Of a stretch of 64,000 nt of DNA, positions 9,651 to 23,919 are shown piece by piece. A model generated the notes under the pieces. The model did not search any database and had not been told where the DNA came from. It saw only the letters and a list, made by a program, of their open reading frames with translations. Numbering within the stretch: the stretch's first letter is position 1; each line of letters opens with the position of its first letter. Both the position numbers and the translations under genes were made by a program. Source of the DNA: Macrostomum lignano. Its lineage: Eukaryota. The stretch spans positions 10,650-74,649 of the forward strand of contig NIVC01003831.1 in assembly GCA_002269645.1 (NCBI GenBank), written 5' to 3'.

Positions 9651-12600
9651 CGGCGAAACAGTTGGGCCCTCTAATCGGTTGTCACAAAGGTTGGCTCTTT
9701 GCATACCGCGAAGCTGTGTTTTACCATAGACGAAACTCTGTCTGGGATAACCCGTCAGGAAAAAAGACGCTTTGGGAATGGTATTTGGAAATAGGTTGGG
9801 TACTCGCCCGTGTCTATAGTTACCCACTTATGCCCGTACAATGATGAATTGTTCTGAACATGTGCATTTTATGCATAATTTTCCCAGCACAGTTGTCATT
9901 ATTCTACACTTATTTCACGCTAATACAGTTATAAGCTGGGGTGGATAAATTATAAAGATGGGAAAGCTGTCACGTGATAAAATGCGGGCATGGGGTAAAA
10001 GTACATGGCGAGCAACTGCGGAATAATAACCAAGACGAATTGCCATGTTGCCTGGTTGAAAGTAGATGTATAATGTACATGTCAAATGTCCAATACACAT
10101 GCACGAGTCGTATATCGACTCACTATTTTGAGGTTGATCATTTTCACAGTTTTGGTCTTATTTTACATCGATGGCAGCGAGACCCAACTTCAAGTCAGCT
10201 ACCGCCCAAGTTTTGCGGTCAATCAAACGTGCAAATTTGGTTAAGCATCTTTCGAAGACTTCGCCGAAGCCAATTATTGGGCCGATGCGGAGTGCATTGG
10301 GACGATTGAAACTTCTCTGCAGCTTTGCTTGCTTGCTTCTCCCATTTCTAAAAAGTACATTGAGAAGTATGTGAATTGACATTGGACAAAGAGCATTTTT
10401 CGTTAGAGGCAGGGGCTGTGTGCACCCTGGCAAACCTAAAGCGACATTGTCACACAGCCGGCGAGAGGCATTACTGCCCATTCCGCCGACTCCCCTTAGC
10501 AGGCACACGAGCTCAAGGATACGTATGCAGTCGTACTCACAGGTGCACACTCACACAGGAGTGTACAGCGGCCCTAACTTTATTTATCGTTAAACATGTA
10601 CACTTCACTGTGCCTTTGGGGTTGGCCCTCAAAAGCGTTAATTGCACGAGCAGAGCCAAGCCAAGATTCCAATTTAGCCTTAAATTAATGTGAATGCACT
10701 TGGAATCGAGCCTGGGCTGCTGCACTACGGCCCTGGACAAAGCGCATATACTAAGAAGGCGAGATTGAACCAGTTCAATGTTCTAAAAAACCGAAAGCTA
10801 AGCTGAATATCTCACGAATGGATCTATGTTTATATAGATTATGCAATTCTTAGTCTAGAAGTACGAGCGTCATTTGTAGAATTCGAAGCCCTTATTTTTG
10901 CGGTGGAGACTGCCCATTCCGCTAGCCCCCGGTGGTCAAAGACAATTCCATCGAAGTGGTGCCGCTCATGCAGGGGGACCCGTCGGTCTCGCCGAAATGG
11001 AAAAAAGTTCAGGTCCAAAACTTCTCAGGCAATGAGAATTTTTGGTCCTGTGAAAGCCTTACTGCATTTTGTCCTGGCTAACGATAGAAATTCCTTCAAT
11101 TAGCTGTGAGTTTCCTTGTCTAGTTGAATTTTTCCTTTCTATTGTGCTCACATCGCGTACTGTTAAACAACCTGGCAATTAGATCTCAAGGTTTTGCAAT
11201 CCAATTTTCCATTGTCTACGCTGAAATAAGAGCTTGAGTAGCAAAACTTAAGAGGAATTCGCTGACAGCTACCTTAATTAGCATTTTTCTAGGAATCCAA
11301 GGTAGATTAGCAACGCCCACACTACTTGAATAAATGAAAGCACAGTGCGTCAGCTATAGAATGTCTAGCAGAAAAACGGGTGAATGTGCGGACCTGCCAA
11401 TCTACTTGCATACTTGATTGATTTAGCCCTAACTTGCCAAGACCTTCAGGCCTATTTTGGGAAATTCAAGTTCTGCTTAGTATAGATAGTTTTTTGCTGA
11501 ATCATGTTTCAGTAGGCAGCCTATTCAAAATCTGCATTAGCCTACCATCCATCACTTAGCGTGAAAGTCAGCTAAGCACAGTGGTACCTCCCTGCATGAC
11601 CTCATCAAATATTCAGCGGCATATTCATCATTGTACATGCTTATTCATGCCGTAAATTTTATAAGTTAACAAAACTCTATGCAAATGTACGCCCAGATAA
11701 ATACATACATACCGTTTGCAATAGCAGCAGTGCTCAGGTTGAAAATTCTATCCCAGCAAAAGAATAGCTTGGATATGCCAACCGCCCTGTCAATTCCAGT
11801 TCCTGTCAATTCCAGAAATATTTTATACGAAACGCGAAACATCTGGTAAATAAACTGGAAATTCCAGATATGTACTTTTAGCAAGATGTTCATGATATCA
11901 AGCTATTTTTCATGAACTGCAAGCAAGTTCCGGCAAAGTTTTAGTTGTTTCTGTCTCTGGGTCGTTCTCAAATTCTGGGAGGAGCAAAAATTTTAACAAT
12001 TTTCGGAACATTTACTATTGTTACTGCCGTATTGAAAATAATAGGACACTTTCATCTGTGAATAAAGATAATTTTTAGGTTGAAATTTATGTTGCAAAAG
12101 TGTTTTAAGTTGTCTTGCGGTATTAGGCGATATTAGGTGATGAAAAAATTCAAATTCAATCACTTCACCGATGTCCTAATTTTTGACACTATGATGTCTG
12201 TAGCTAAAAAAAGTTGTTGTTGTGTTGAAAACTTGCTATATTACATTTAAAATGAAAGCTTATATAAATTTAATTTAAGATTTTTTTTAAAGCTTAATAA
12301 ACTGCACTATAAATGATTTTATAGACGCTTAACTGTACGCCTAGCATTTCCGGTGGGATAGCCTCTTCTCATTTCACAAAATGTATTTTTCAGCTGACGT
12401 CTAGAATGTGCGCTTAAAATGATACATTTTGATGCAGATAATTAGAAAAACATGTCTTATTATCTTTTTGTAAAAATTGTTATGAAATAGAGTACTATTG
12501 TTGATAAAAATAATTAAAAGCAACCATGCATCGCAATAAACTCCTACTTTGAAGCACAAAATAAATATCCTGTAACCACACTAGCATTCTCCATGGAGCA

Positions 12601-15600
12601 CCTTTTGAGCTGAAAGTTTACACAGATATCGAGTAAAGTAAACTGAGCAAATGATTTTTTTTGTTTTTGAAAATACTTCAATTTGGCTATGTATCAGTTA
12701 GTTCATTGGACATATTTATTATATTTTTATTAGAATCCTTGTAACCAAGCTACAGAGAAACATGTGCAAAACTGGACCTTGAAATTTGACCTGAATGATC
12801 AGCAAATGTGTATCTCGAAATGATTTTTTTTTGTTTTCATCAAGTCATTCTATGCTAATTTTTTCTGAAGGGAAAGATACCATATATTTAAAGTCAATAG
12901 GGAAGCATTTAGACTTATTCAATAGTCATTAAAATTGCAACTATATCATTATAATATAGTAATAATATTATACATGTATTATATAGTAATCTTAACTTCT
13001 AAGATGCCCTTATAAATTTAAGTAAAGACAACAGGCCTTAATTAATTAATCAGCATTTTGAAGAAACTGACCTTATACAGATGGGCCCCAAGCTAAGAAA
13101 TGAATGTAGAGCATATTTCGTGTAAGGTATAAAAATCAATTTATTATAATAATAAATACTCCTAATAAATTGGTTAAATTAGTTATTTACCTTGAATTAA
13201 TTTAATTTAATAATTAAATATATAAATTTGTTTCACTTCTTACTGCATTTAAATAGAGTACCTCTCTACTATACTATAAAAGTATAGTAAAAGTATATGG
13301 TAAAAAAGTATAGTAAAAAATTTTCTTTGGTTTAATCCCAGCTTGCCTCAGTTTTTTAGTCTTAATACGAGCTAGATAGTAAGTGTTGATTAATTTGCTC
13401 CATCACCTTTTGCCACGGAAACAGCACATGTCGGACATGCAACACTCTTCCTGATCCCTGGATTCAAGATGACTGCTTCTGCTTCTTCAATGCTTGAAAA
13501 CTGAGCTCATGGAGCTTTAGGTTATGCTGTCAGAGTGCTGCTGCCGGTGCTGTGTGTGTATGTGTGTGTCTTCTGCGGGTAGGTTCCCTGTCCCTCAGTT
13601 TAGCCACTGTTGTGGGCTAACTGGAGGAATTGCCGTTGTCGGTGCTGCAGGTGGCACTGCATGGTAGTATTGACGCTGTCAGTGACGCTGGCAAAGGCTT
13701 GGACGAAGCTAGGTGCCGTCATTGTCAGGAGGACATGCGTGTGCTGCTTAGACCAGTGCGCACATTCGACTGGACTCGTATCTGGTGCAGTCTGGTGTAT
13801 TCACTGAGATTGTGTGGATCTGCCTCCTCGCATCACCTCAACCAGGCTCAATTTCTTTTGTAGAATTTTCGTGCGCTGCTTAACTGCATCTTGTGCCTGC
13901 TGAGTGATGCCAAGAATTGTGCCACACAATAATTTGGCCCATAAACTACTCGTATATTATACATATGTATGCACAGCACACACACACGCAGTTCATTCAC
14001 ATTAAACGTACTAGTTAATGGAATTCTCATCTCATGAGCTCTAGTCTATGGACAAACCTGAAATTACTAGAATATCTAGACAGATCTAAACTTCTTTGAG
14101 CAGCGCGCTGCGCTGCGAGCAAATACATGTAGATTCCTTAGCGCAACTAATTAATAGTGTAGTACAGTCTACAGCCTGAAGTAGCCTGTGTAAGATGCGG
14201 AGGGATGATTTTTGCATAGGAAGCCACTACGGTAAGGTTGATGGAACTATGGGGAGGTGAGAGATTCAAAGCGAGGGACGGAAGCCATGCATAGTTCGAT
14301 CATAAGTTTGATTATTGCATGAGTCTGGGGATGCATTAACGAGAGGCAGACGAGAGCATAGAAATAAAGCGGGCTAAATATATTAATACACAAAATTACA
14401 TGTACTAGCTAGTAATTTCAGAATGGTCAGCGACTCCTCCGATTTGTATCCGCGACCGCGTGCCCACAAATCCCCCGGCAGACCCTGTCGCAGTTGGTGG
14501 TTGTGCACAGAATACAATGTTAATTTTCGAGCTTCTCTGCAAAAAATGCGTGATGCACTCAAGATGTGTGCTATAGTCTACTTCTTTGATTGATGGCTGG
14601 GTTTTGCCTTTTCGCTTGTGATCATCAAAAGCTTGGGCGTCATTGCTACTGGTGTTTCAGTGTGCGCATTATGTCTGGTTATCATATTATGTGCATGTGC
14701 AGTGTCTTTTACCTACATTTTTGTTTGTCTCTGTTTCCTGCATGCTCTTTCGCATTTTTACACCTCGCACATCCTCATTTTTCTCAATTAACAAGTGAAA
14801 TCTTTTCTTAAAGACTAATTGCTATTTTAGTTAAGCTAGTAGGTTTTTGGTATTTAAATAATTCAATTTTGTCTATTTTCCAAAAAGTTTCAAAAAATGA
14901 ATTAATTAAAATAAATTTGAATTATTTTAGGTTAATTGGAGTAAAATGTCTAATAAGTAACTATGATTTTTTATTTTAAGTACATGTAGCTTTGGTATAA
15001 GTATTAATGTAATGAGTACTTAAAGTAAAATCAAGCAAGTTATAGTTTTCAGAAATTATGCTACAAATAATCAAATATATACTAGTATCTGAATTCCTTT
15101 ATTAAGGAACATGCAGTCGATATTAAATCCACAATGTGCTTTTTGGTGTTCCCTGACTTTTTCTATTATTAGTTAGATTTTATTATATTTAAAGTAAAAA
15201 TGAACAATTCTATTCAAGGTAAAAATGAACATTCTTTATTTGTCGAATCATCTTGCCTTTGAAAAGATACATAGTGAAAACTTGATTTTTAATTCAACCT
15301 TTCAAGACTTATTTAGACTTCTCAATTCAGTGATTAGTTAAACTGATCGAAGTTCTTTCGAGTGCATGCTATAATAATTTCGCACTTTTTCGCACACGAT
15401 AATTTTAAATGTCTGGGATTTGGAGCAGAGTAACAAAATGCTGTGCTCAAAAACATTTCCTTTGTCAATTTCTTGTTCTTTTATTTTTGCAAAAGAAATT
15501 TAACTGCATATTTAAAATAAAAATGGAAGAAAATTTTATTTTCTCTTTAATATTTTTGTCGTTTATTTTCCGCAACAAAGAATAACAAATAGCCTTGATT

Positions 15601-18339
15601 TCTTCTCAATTTCAAGTTTTCTTGTGGTTTTAGTAGCAGCTTCTTACAGAAATTGTCAAAAGAATTTTTTTTGTACGATTATTGGTCGATGTATAAACTT
15701 TTTTTGCAATAACAAAAAGCTGTGACCTAGCTTTGAGAACGACCCCTCTAGCGTGGAGAGTTTGTCAATGACCGATTTGTCTATGGCGAAACTCCATTTA
15801 GCGGTTTCGCTTGCGCTACTAATGTCGTCGGTGAACTTACACGCACACCATGTACATATGCTTTGCTAAATTTCCTTATGTTGAACCGTGTTTTTAAACT
15901 ATTGAGTTTTGCTCCCCTGTACTGTACCGACTACTGCCAGTAGACATGCATTTTCTCTTATCTTTCCCATTCTTTCTCCCTCTCCCTTCCCAGCAATTAT
16001 CCTTTGTCTACTATACCCTCGTTGTAATTAATTTTTATTTTATCTCTCTTTCATGCTTTTTTCCCTTTCTATTGGGATTCTAGCTATACCATGCAGTACA
16101 CTTTTGACTCATAGATAATCAGATTTTTAAGGTTTTAGGCGGCCACCTGGCATGCAGACCTGAGAGTATACAGGCGCCAGATGGTCTGGGAAAATTACGT
16201 GACAAGCACTTTTTCTCTTATTTTGCCAGGCCATCATCCATTACGGTATGAGATTGGTTGGCTATTATTTTGGATTTTTCCAAGCGTGAAGATATTTTGA
16301 AATAAGTATCAGGGACTACTCAAACAGTTTGAGTAGTCCTTGAGAAGTATATTTGTTTCAATCCTAATCTTCTCACAGAATATCTCATTGCACTCTGCTT
16401 TTCATCCCCAATCAATGCAGTACCCACATGTTCATGTATATATTTTTGGATATTTATATTTTTGAACTTTGGCGTGGCTGAAATTCTTCAATCAATTGTA
16501 CAGAAATGGGATGATTTATGATCGAACTGTCACTTTCTGAGGGTTCTCCGGGCCCTTTTTGACGATTTGTAGCAATAAGCCCAGCGAATCAGAGAATTCC
16601 ACGTCCGTTTACACGAATCGGCTCAGCCAATCAGAATTGACGCGTTCCACTGTAACAAATAGAGGGCCAGTAATTGGTTTCTAATAAAATCGTCGATTTT
16701 TCCTGCTCAACCTGTTCGACAGAACTCAACCGGTTTGTGTGTGAAGACTGGTCTGGATGACATATGTTCAACCTCCCCTATAAATTGCGACATCTTTCAC
16801 TATAAAGCGAGATCCCATTAAGAGATATAATCAGAGTGAATAGAAACGTTGCATAATTCAGTGGATGCAAATATGTCTCATACACTGTGTACGTTATACA
16901 GCAACACAGTCACAACACTACTCACGCTGTTAGAAATTGAAATGGTTGTCATCGACGCGGACTGTCCAAGAAAAGTTAGCACCTCGTTGTAATTTTCTTA
17001 ACTGTTTCTTACGTAGGTGTTTTTGTGTTTTAACCTATTTTTTATTTTAGTTTAAAGCGCGTCTACTATACTTATACTTACTTTCTTTTGATACAGATGA
17101 GAGTTATTTATTTGTTAATACTGTTGCCCATATTAATTCTAGGAACTGTCGCCTATATATATGAGCCAGTAAGATGTTGTCTCCCACGTGGTTTGTTGTA
17201 TGGTCGTACAATATCATAAGGCTTCATACATATATAAGTGGTCTTAACACCGTCTGTTTTTATTATTTTTCGAATTCCTAAATTAGAAGTACTCTCGCTC
17301 AGGACATTAGGTAAGCCAATTAACAGAATTTTTGTATGTTTCTTTTTTATTTATGAACTGACGAGTGACGACGATGTATTGTCTTGTTTGAAGTTTGGAC
17401 TACAAAACTGATATCTTGTTCCATTCAACTTTATTTATTAGATCTTTTTGTTTTTTTCTAAATCGATTAACTAAACAGATTAGTGTATATTACATGTTGG
17501 GTTTCCCGGCAGATTTTTTTCTCCTTTAAACGGATAATTCAAGCAAAAAATGAATTCCTGTTTCGGGATACATTCCTTAGGCCAGTGGGCCTAATCTGAC
17601 GCCAGAGCAAATATCCCTTAAAAATATAAAAGACAATCATTCGTCTAAGTGTCATTGCAAAGCTAAGACATGTATAAAAAATAATAAAAATTTTAAAGCA
17701 AATGATTGAAGCATAGAGGCACTGTGATAAATCAAAGTTTTAATTAATCAGTAATCTTCAACCATAACCAAAAATTATCAAATTATCAAACCAAATATGT
17801 AGTTTAAAGGTTTTTAAAGTTTAAGCTTAAGAGCCAATAAGTGAGCCTTGTCTTTAAAAATCATATTAAACTGTTTCAGTTTAACTTATTATTGTACTGA
17901 AAGTAGTTGGCAGACAAATGTGCTGAGTCGCCTATCTAGTTATTCTAGTATGTGTCCAAGACTATAGAAATTTCAATATTCTTGCATCCCTGGCCTTATG
18001 CCCTATCTTAAATAGTAATTATTCTTTATTTTTTAATTGACTAATTTATAAGTATGTTTATAAATGAATCCTAGGTAAGCCTATATTATCATTGATTTTA
18101 TTTTTATCTTTAGTATTTGTTATTATAGCTTCATTCAACCAGTTTAAATTTAGTAGGCATGAAAATTAAAGTACTACTGCTTTTTATATCAAAACCATGT
18201 GTAATATAATCAAGGTTTTATTCAAGGTATTTTGTTAGTTACAACATTTTTAATTATAGAAATATACATAATAAATTTCTTTTTTTATTTTTGACTAAAA
18301 GCCAAATCATTTTAAATGATTTCAGGATTGAAAAAAATT

Positions 18340-21300
18340 ATGGGCAAAGTATCAAAAATGCTAGAAGATGCCTTGCAAGAGCGCATCCTTATCATGGATG
18401 GTGCCATGGGCACCATGGTTCAGCAGCTACATCTTGAAGAGAATGATTTTCGTGGAGAAGAATTTGCCCAACATTCAAAGTCCCTAAAGGGCAACAATGA
18501 TTTGCTGACTCTTGTCAAGCCAGATGCAGTTTATAACATTCACAAGGTATAATTTCAATGTTATTTACTTATTGTATATACATTCAATGTAATGTTAACT
18601 ATCTTAGAAACTTCCCTTTGAGCCATGGCACCTTAGCTTCCCCCTAAGCCATGGCCCCTCAGCATCCCCCTTGAGCTGGGGCCCCTCAGCATCCCCCTTG
18701 AGCCGTGGCCCCCTCAGCCTTCCCTCTTGAGCCGTGGCCCCTCAGCATCCCCCTTGAGCTATGGCCCCTCAGCATCCTCCTTGAGCTATGGCCCTCAGCA
18801 TCCCCCTTGAGCCATGGCACCTCAGCATCCCCCTTGAGCCATGGAACATCAACATCATCCTTTAAGCTGTCACAACTGAATCGCTCCACCCACTTGGCAG
18901 CAATACCTGGCCGCCGGATCCGATATTATCGAGACCAACACATTCTCAGCTACGTCGATCGCCCAGGCGGACTATGACCTTTCTCACCTGGCCTACCGCC
19001 TCAACGCCGAGGCCGCCCGCATCGCTAGGCGAGCCTGCGACGACATCGAAGCCGCCGACTTAGCCGCCGGTCTCCCGGCCCGGCCCCGCTTTGTAGCTGG
19101 CGCCCTGGGCCCGACCAACCGCACTCTGTCCATCTCGCCCTCAGTGGAGCGGCCAGACTACCGCAATATTACATTTGAACAGCTCGTTGAGGCCTACTCT
19201 GACCAGGTAATTTCGGGGGGTCAAGGTCAAAGTAGATGGTTGCGAAACTACTTTACATTACCAAGAATGGAGATTTTTATTTTTTAGCACAAAATTTGCT
19301 GTTGCCATTGATAGCAAACAGACCTAATGCTCATCTTTATAGCTCTATTGAGATTCGCAAAGCTTTTTGTTCAGTAAATTAGGACCCTATGATAATGAAC
19401 ATGCGCAACCCCCTGATTCACACCGGCCGTGTGGATTACCTTTAAAAGCTAAAATTAACGTACTATGGGTAAACGAAAAGAGTAACTATGACTGTATTAT
19501 TAAGGCTAAATGCCTCGTAGTCTATTAAGTACTAAAGCCTGTATTTTTTCGGGTAGGCATTTTGCGACTTTTTTTGGCTGGGACCCTCGCCAGCCGGCGG
19601 GATCATAATCGCATGTATGATAGTGAAAGCCTCCATTGTCAGTAGTGTATTGTTTCGGTAAAACCCTCCTACATGTAGAATTCTCCAAGAAACTTAGTAG
19701 CTTCCCGCTCTACTACTTTAACTAGTCCTTGGTTCGAAGCCTGTAAAACTTGTGCTAGGCAAGCATAAAATTCGCGTCTTTCTAGCAATAATTTAAACAA
19801 ATGAAAAAACACCAAACAGACTCGCGGTCTGCTTGACGGAGGAGCCGATCTGCTCCTAGTAGAAACAATCTTCGACACCGCCAACGCCAAGGCGGCCATC
19901 TTTGCCATTGAGTCGCTATTCGACTCTGGCGCCTACGACCGTGTCCCCCTGCTTGTGTCCGGCACCATTGTGGACCGCAGCGGTCGGACACTGTCCGGCC
20001 AGACCACCGAGGCTTTCGTAGCCAGCGTCTCCCATGGCCGGCCGCTCTGCCTCGGCCTGAACTGCGCCCTCGGCGCCTCCGAGATGCGGCCCTTCATCGA
20101 GAGGCTGGGCCTGGCCACCCCGGCCTACGTGCTGTGCTACCCCAATGCCGGCCTGCCAAACACGTTCGGCGAATACGATGAGACCCCGGCTATGATGGCC
20201 GCCAATTTGGAGACCTTCGCCAAGGACGGCCTGGTCAATCTGGTTGGCGGCTGCTGCGGCACCACACCGGCTCACATCAGCGCCATCGCCAAGGCTGTGA
20301 GGCCGCACATGCCGCGAACTCGGCCAAATCCGCACCCCAATGCTCTGGTGTTGTCAGGCCTGGAGGCCAGCATTGTTACTAAGGAGACGAATTTTCTCAA
20401 TATTGGCGAGCGCTGCAACGTGGCTGGCAGTAGGAAGTTTTGCCGCTTAATTAAGACTAACGCGTTTGATGAGGCACTTAGTGTGGCTAAGGAGCAGGTG
20501 GAGAATGGAGCCCAGGTGAGACAGCTCAGTTTCCTTTGTTTCGTCATTTATTGTGTTACTAGGGCTAATCTGTTAGTGTAAAATCCCTATTATGACATTA
20601 AAAATCGCCACTACACCCAGAATCCCCACTATACCACACCCAGAATCGCCCCCATACCACACCCAGAATCCCCACTATACAACACCCAGAATCCCCACTA
20701 TACCACACCCAGAATCGCCCCCATACCACACCCAGAATCGCCCCCATACCACACCCAGAATCGCCCCCATACCACACCCAGAATCGCCCCCATACCACAT
20801 CGAGAATCGCCCCCATACCACATCGAGAATCGCCCCCATACCACACCCAGAATCGCCCCCATACCACATCGAGAATCGCCCCCATACCACATCGAGAATC
20901 GCCCCCATACCACACCCAGAATCGCCCCCATACCACATCGAGAATCGCCCCCATACCACACCCAGAATCGCCCCCATACCACACCCAGAATCGCCCCCAT
21001 ACCACACCCAGAATCGCCCCCATACCACACCCAAACCCCATACAAAACAGGTGCTGGACGTAAACGTTGACGACGGCATGCTGGATGGGCCGGCCTGCAT
21101 GACCCGCTTTCTCAACCTGATCTCCTCCGAGCCCGACGTCGCTGTGCTGCCTCTGTGCATTGATTCGTCAAATTTCGAGATTATCGAAGCCGGCCTCCGC
21201 TGCTGCCAGGGCAAATGCATCGTCAATAGCATCAGCCTGAAGGAAGGCGAAGACGATTTCTTGCGCAAAGCGTCGCTTGTTAAACGATACGGCGCCGCCG

Positions 21301-23186
21301 TTGTTGTCATGGCATTTGACGAGCAGGGCCAGGCAGCTGATCTGGATAGGAAGGTGGAGATCTGCCAGCGCTCGTATCGGTTGCTAACAGAGAAGGTGAT
21401 GCTGAAATAGTGGATGTGACTCTGTGGCTCTAGTTAGCGTATAAGGACAAGTCTATGAGATCTGGAATCCTTTCAAGCGATATTGATGCTTGAGATGGTA
21501 GCTTAGGGTGGTTTCAGGTGGTAGCTTGCTTCATGGTAACTTTAGATATGTTTAGAATAGTTTTGATGGATTAAAAATGTTATTTTGAATAGACTTAAGG
21601 TGGTATTTTAGATCATTTTTGAATGGTATTTTAGGTAGTTTTTTAATTAGATTAAGGTAGTTTTTTAGGTAGATTAAGGATCGTAAATTAGGTAGTTTTA
21701 GGACTTTTTTAGGTAGATTTAAGGTCGTAATTTAGGTACTCGTAGATTAAGGATGCTAGCTTCGGTAGATTTATTATGGTATTTTAGATGGATTTAGGAT
21801 GCTAGTTTAGATAGATTTAGGATGCTAGTTTAGGTAGATTTAGGATGCTAGTTTAGATAGATTTAGGATGCTAGTTTAGGTAGATTTAGGATGCTAGTTT
21901 AGATAGATTTAGGATCATACATGCGCAACAGTCGGCCGAGTCGGCCGATTCGGCCGACCAATTTGGCGGCCAACCAAGGAAGTCGCAAAAATGCCATCCC
22001 AAAAAATTACCAAGTAGTAGTACTAAGTAGCTGACGAGGCATTTTGGCCTAATAAGACAGTCATAGTTACTCCTGCTGTTTACCCAAAGTTGCGTTAATT
22101 TTCTTTAGGGTTTTTCACGTAAGTCGCATTTTTGACCAAAAACTACGTCGCATTTTTGTTAAAACTAAGTCGCATGGCCGACCGAATTTCGGAGGTTGCG
22201 CATGTATGTTTAGGATGCTAGTTTAGATAGATTTAGGATGCTAGTTTATGTAGATTTAGGATGCTAGTTTAGGTAGATTTAGGATGCTAGTTTAGGTAGA
22301 TTTAAGATGCTAGTTTAGGTAGATTTAGGATGCCAGTTAAGTTAGGTTTAGGATGCCAGTTTAGGTAGGTTTAGGATGGTATTTTAGGTAAATTTCAAGA
22401 TTTCAGAATTCCGATATCACGTAGTTTTGGATCGGTGGGCAGTTTGTAGTCTATTGTTTGTGGGACTAATCGCATTCGGTAAGCTTATTAATAGTTGTCA
22501 TAAACAATAATTAATGACCGGCTGCAGATCAAGTTCAATCCGAACGACATCATCTTCGACCCGAACATCCTGACCATCGCCACCGGCATGGACGAGCACA
22601 ACAATTACGCCATGGATTTCATCGGCGCCTGCCGGTTTATCAAATCCACCCTGCCGGGCGCCCGGGTCAGCGGCGGGGTCTCCAATCTCAGCTTCAGCTT
22701 CCGCGGCAAGGACAGCCTGAGGGAGGCCATGCACTCGGTGTTCCTGTACCACGCCATCGCCGCAGGCATGGACATGGGCATCGTCAATGCCGGCTGTCTG
22801 CCGCTATACAGCGACATCCAGCCCGACCTGCTGGAGCTCTGCGAGGATCTCATTCTCAATAGACGACCGGAAGCCACCGAGCGGATGCTGACGTACGCCC
22901 AGAGCCTCCAGGCTGGTTCGGGCGGCCGTCGGGACGAGGACCCCGCCGCCGAGGCCTGGCGCTCCGGCGACGTGGAGACCCGGCTGGAGCACGCGCTGGT
23001 GCACGGTATCGACCGGTTCGTGGTGCAGGACGTTGAAGAGGCCAGGCTCTGCACGGAGAAGTGAGTAGGACTGTTTCAGTGTCCGTATTTTCTGTCTGTC
23101 TATCTGTCTGTCTGTCTGTCTGTCTATCTGTCTGTCTGTCTGTCTTAGTGTCTGTCTGTCTATCTGTCTGTCTGTCTGTCTGTCTA

Positions 23187-23229
<43 letters not shown>

Positions 23230-23329
23230 TAGTGTCCTGTCTGTCTGTCTGTCTGTCTGCCTGCCTGGCTGTCTGTCTGTCTGTCTTAGTGTCTGTCTGT
23301 CTATCTGTCTGTCTGTCTGTCTGTCTTAG

Positions 23330-23418
<89 letters not shown>

Positions 23419-23536
23419 TAGTGTCCTGTCTGTCTGTCTATCTGTCTGTCTGGCTGTCTGTCTGTCTGTCTTAGTGTCTGTCTGTCTATCTTTCTGTCTG
23501 TCTGTCTGTCTTAGTGTCTGTCTGTCTGTCTTTCTA

Positions 23537-23599
<63 letters not shown>

Positions 23600-23650
23600 T
23601 AGTGTCTGTCTGTCTTAGTGTCTGTCTGTCTTAGTGTCTGTCTGTCTTAG

Positions 23651-23691
<41 letters not shown>

Positions 23692-23725
23692 GTCTGTCTG
23701 TCTTAGTGTCCTGTCTGTCTGTCTA

Positions 23726-23772
<47 letters not shown>

Positions 23773-23816
23773 TAGTGTCCTGTCTGTCTGTCTATCTGTC
23801 TGTCTGCCTGCCTGGC

Positions 23817-23865
<49 letters not shown>

Positions 23866-23884
23866 TAGTGTCTGTCTGTCTTAG

Positions 23885-23919
<35 letters not shown>

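Noticed and set aside
6650-16500. Scattered possible minus-strand exons (e.g. ~15720-15830 KFTDDISSASETAKWSFAIDK..., ~14420-14510, ~11715-11805)
   Set aside because: No recognisable domain and no phase-consistent chain; a gene here remains possible
16620-16680. Bidirectional promoter from two CCAAT words
   Set aside because: Motifs are too short to support without TSS data
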